Positions 63,276 to 64,000 of a DNA stretch of 64,000 bases are shown one piece after another. Position 1 is the stretch's first letter. Every line of letters starts with the position of its first letter. The notes under the pieces were generated by a model. The model saw only the letters and a program-made list of their open reading frames with translations, ran no database searches and was not told the origin of the DNA. The position numbers and the translations under genes are program-made. Source of the DNA: Phoronis australis (lineage: Eukaryota > Animalia > Phoronida); contig NMRA01000475.1 of NCBI GenBank assembly GCA_002633005.1, positions 1-64,000 on the forward strand, given 5' to 3'.

Positions 63276-63384
63276 CTGTGGTTTTATCCTGTAAGCTACT
63301 CTGTGGCAACGACAAGAGACTGGAAGTGTAACTCTCTTGACTTTTGAACTGCATCTCTTGGCTGAGTGGCACTGGCGACGAGGG
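63276..63384 (-). CDS. SECISBP2L: SBP2-like exon (PSSPVPLSQEMQFK...DKTT)
   Basis: ttacag / gtaata; 109 nt, phases 0/1 match the next exon; weak sequence conservation. Confidence 0.65.
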
Positions 63385-64000
63385 CTGTAATGTCAAAGTT
63401 ATGAGGTGTAAACATGCATTTTCCATCACAAACAAGTGAACCCCAATTACATAAGCCTAACATCACTTCCAGCGTGCCATTGCTGCTCACAAGAACTAAG
63501 CGGCAATTCTTCACTTACTTAGCACACAATATGGCCAACAAGTGAAATTATATTTTGGCAAATTTCTCCACAAAAATAACAATTAAGAAAATTTTAGTCT
63601 GTTACTAGTGTAGTTTGTATGTGGATGTCATAAAATAACGTTTGGTAAATTTACGTTATTTGCAGTAATCAATCTTCGAAACATGGAAAAGTGACAATTT
63701 TGGAAATAAGTGTGGAATTCCCGTACATCAAACAGACCGCTGACAAGCCATTGCAACTACAAGGGAAGTTGCACACATAAGGTCAGCTGCTTACAACAGT
63801 CGTGGGTGTCTATTCCTAGAACACATGACTCCCACATAAGGTAGTTTCTTGATTCCAGTTAATACAAATCAAGAATACAGTAACCGCACTGTCATGTATT
63901 AATAATAAAATGTCTACATCAATCTGAGGAGATAGCAGTACAATACTGATAATCCAAAAGAACTTTGGGAGTATATCAAAAATTTGGAACCACAGAAAAA

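Larger units (their letters stand above)
42948..63384 (-). other. SECISBP2L: SECIS-binding protein 2 family gene (SECISBP2L-like), partial span: 10 coding exons, ~727 aa in the window; 5' part lies beyond the window
   Basis: Phase-consistent exons encode the SID (NPLDSSAP..KRGKEREVPKVKKPSSLKKVILKERE), the L7Ae RNA-binding domain (RRIVLGLREVTKHLKLKKIKCVIISPN...GGLDEAL...IPFVFALGRRALGR) and the SBP2L-type tail HMGHSRTPSASSAISF. Confidence 0.9.

Overview
AT-rich, intron-containing animal DNA; the genes and repeats point to a marine invertebrate. All recognisable genes lie on the minus strand. (1) The 3' ten coding exons of a SECIS-binding protein 2 family gene of SECISBP2L type (63384 down to 42948); it continues beyond the window end and has a probable ~3.3 kb 3'UTR. 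(2) A synphilin-1 (SNCAIP) ortholog with 11 phase-consistent coding exons (28239 down to 15620, ~1104 aa). (3) A two-exon gene missing from the ORF track (14334-14301 joined to 12159-11945). It encodes an 82-aa prepro-peptide: signal peptide, KR and RKR cleavage sites, and the C-terminal cyclic peptide CEGGGLCGVLMK, with a TATA-like/Inr promoter and a polyA signal. (4) A possible first exon of a further gene at ~4400. Mobile DNA includes a Penelope-like GIY-YIG fragment with a hammerhead-like motif inside a microsatellite, a THAP/Kolobok-like relic with long TIRs, three Helentron-type (HINE) elements carrying CTCF-like motif arrays, several MITEs and many mini/microsatellites. Gene models were built by hand from splice-site and reading-frame consistency. 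Homology calls come from recalled family motifs, not from database searches.
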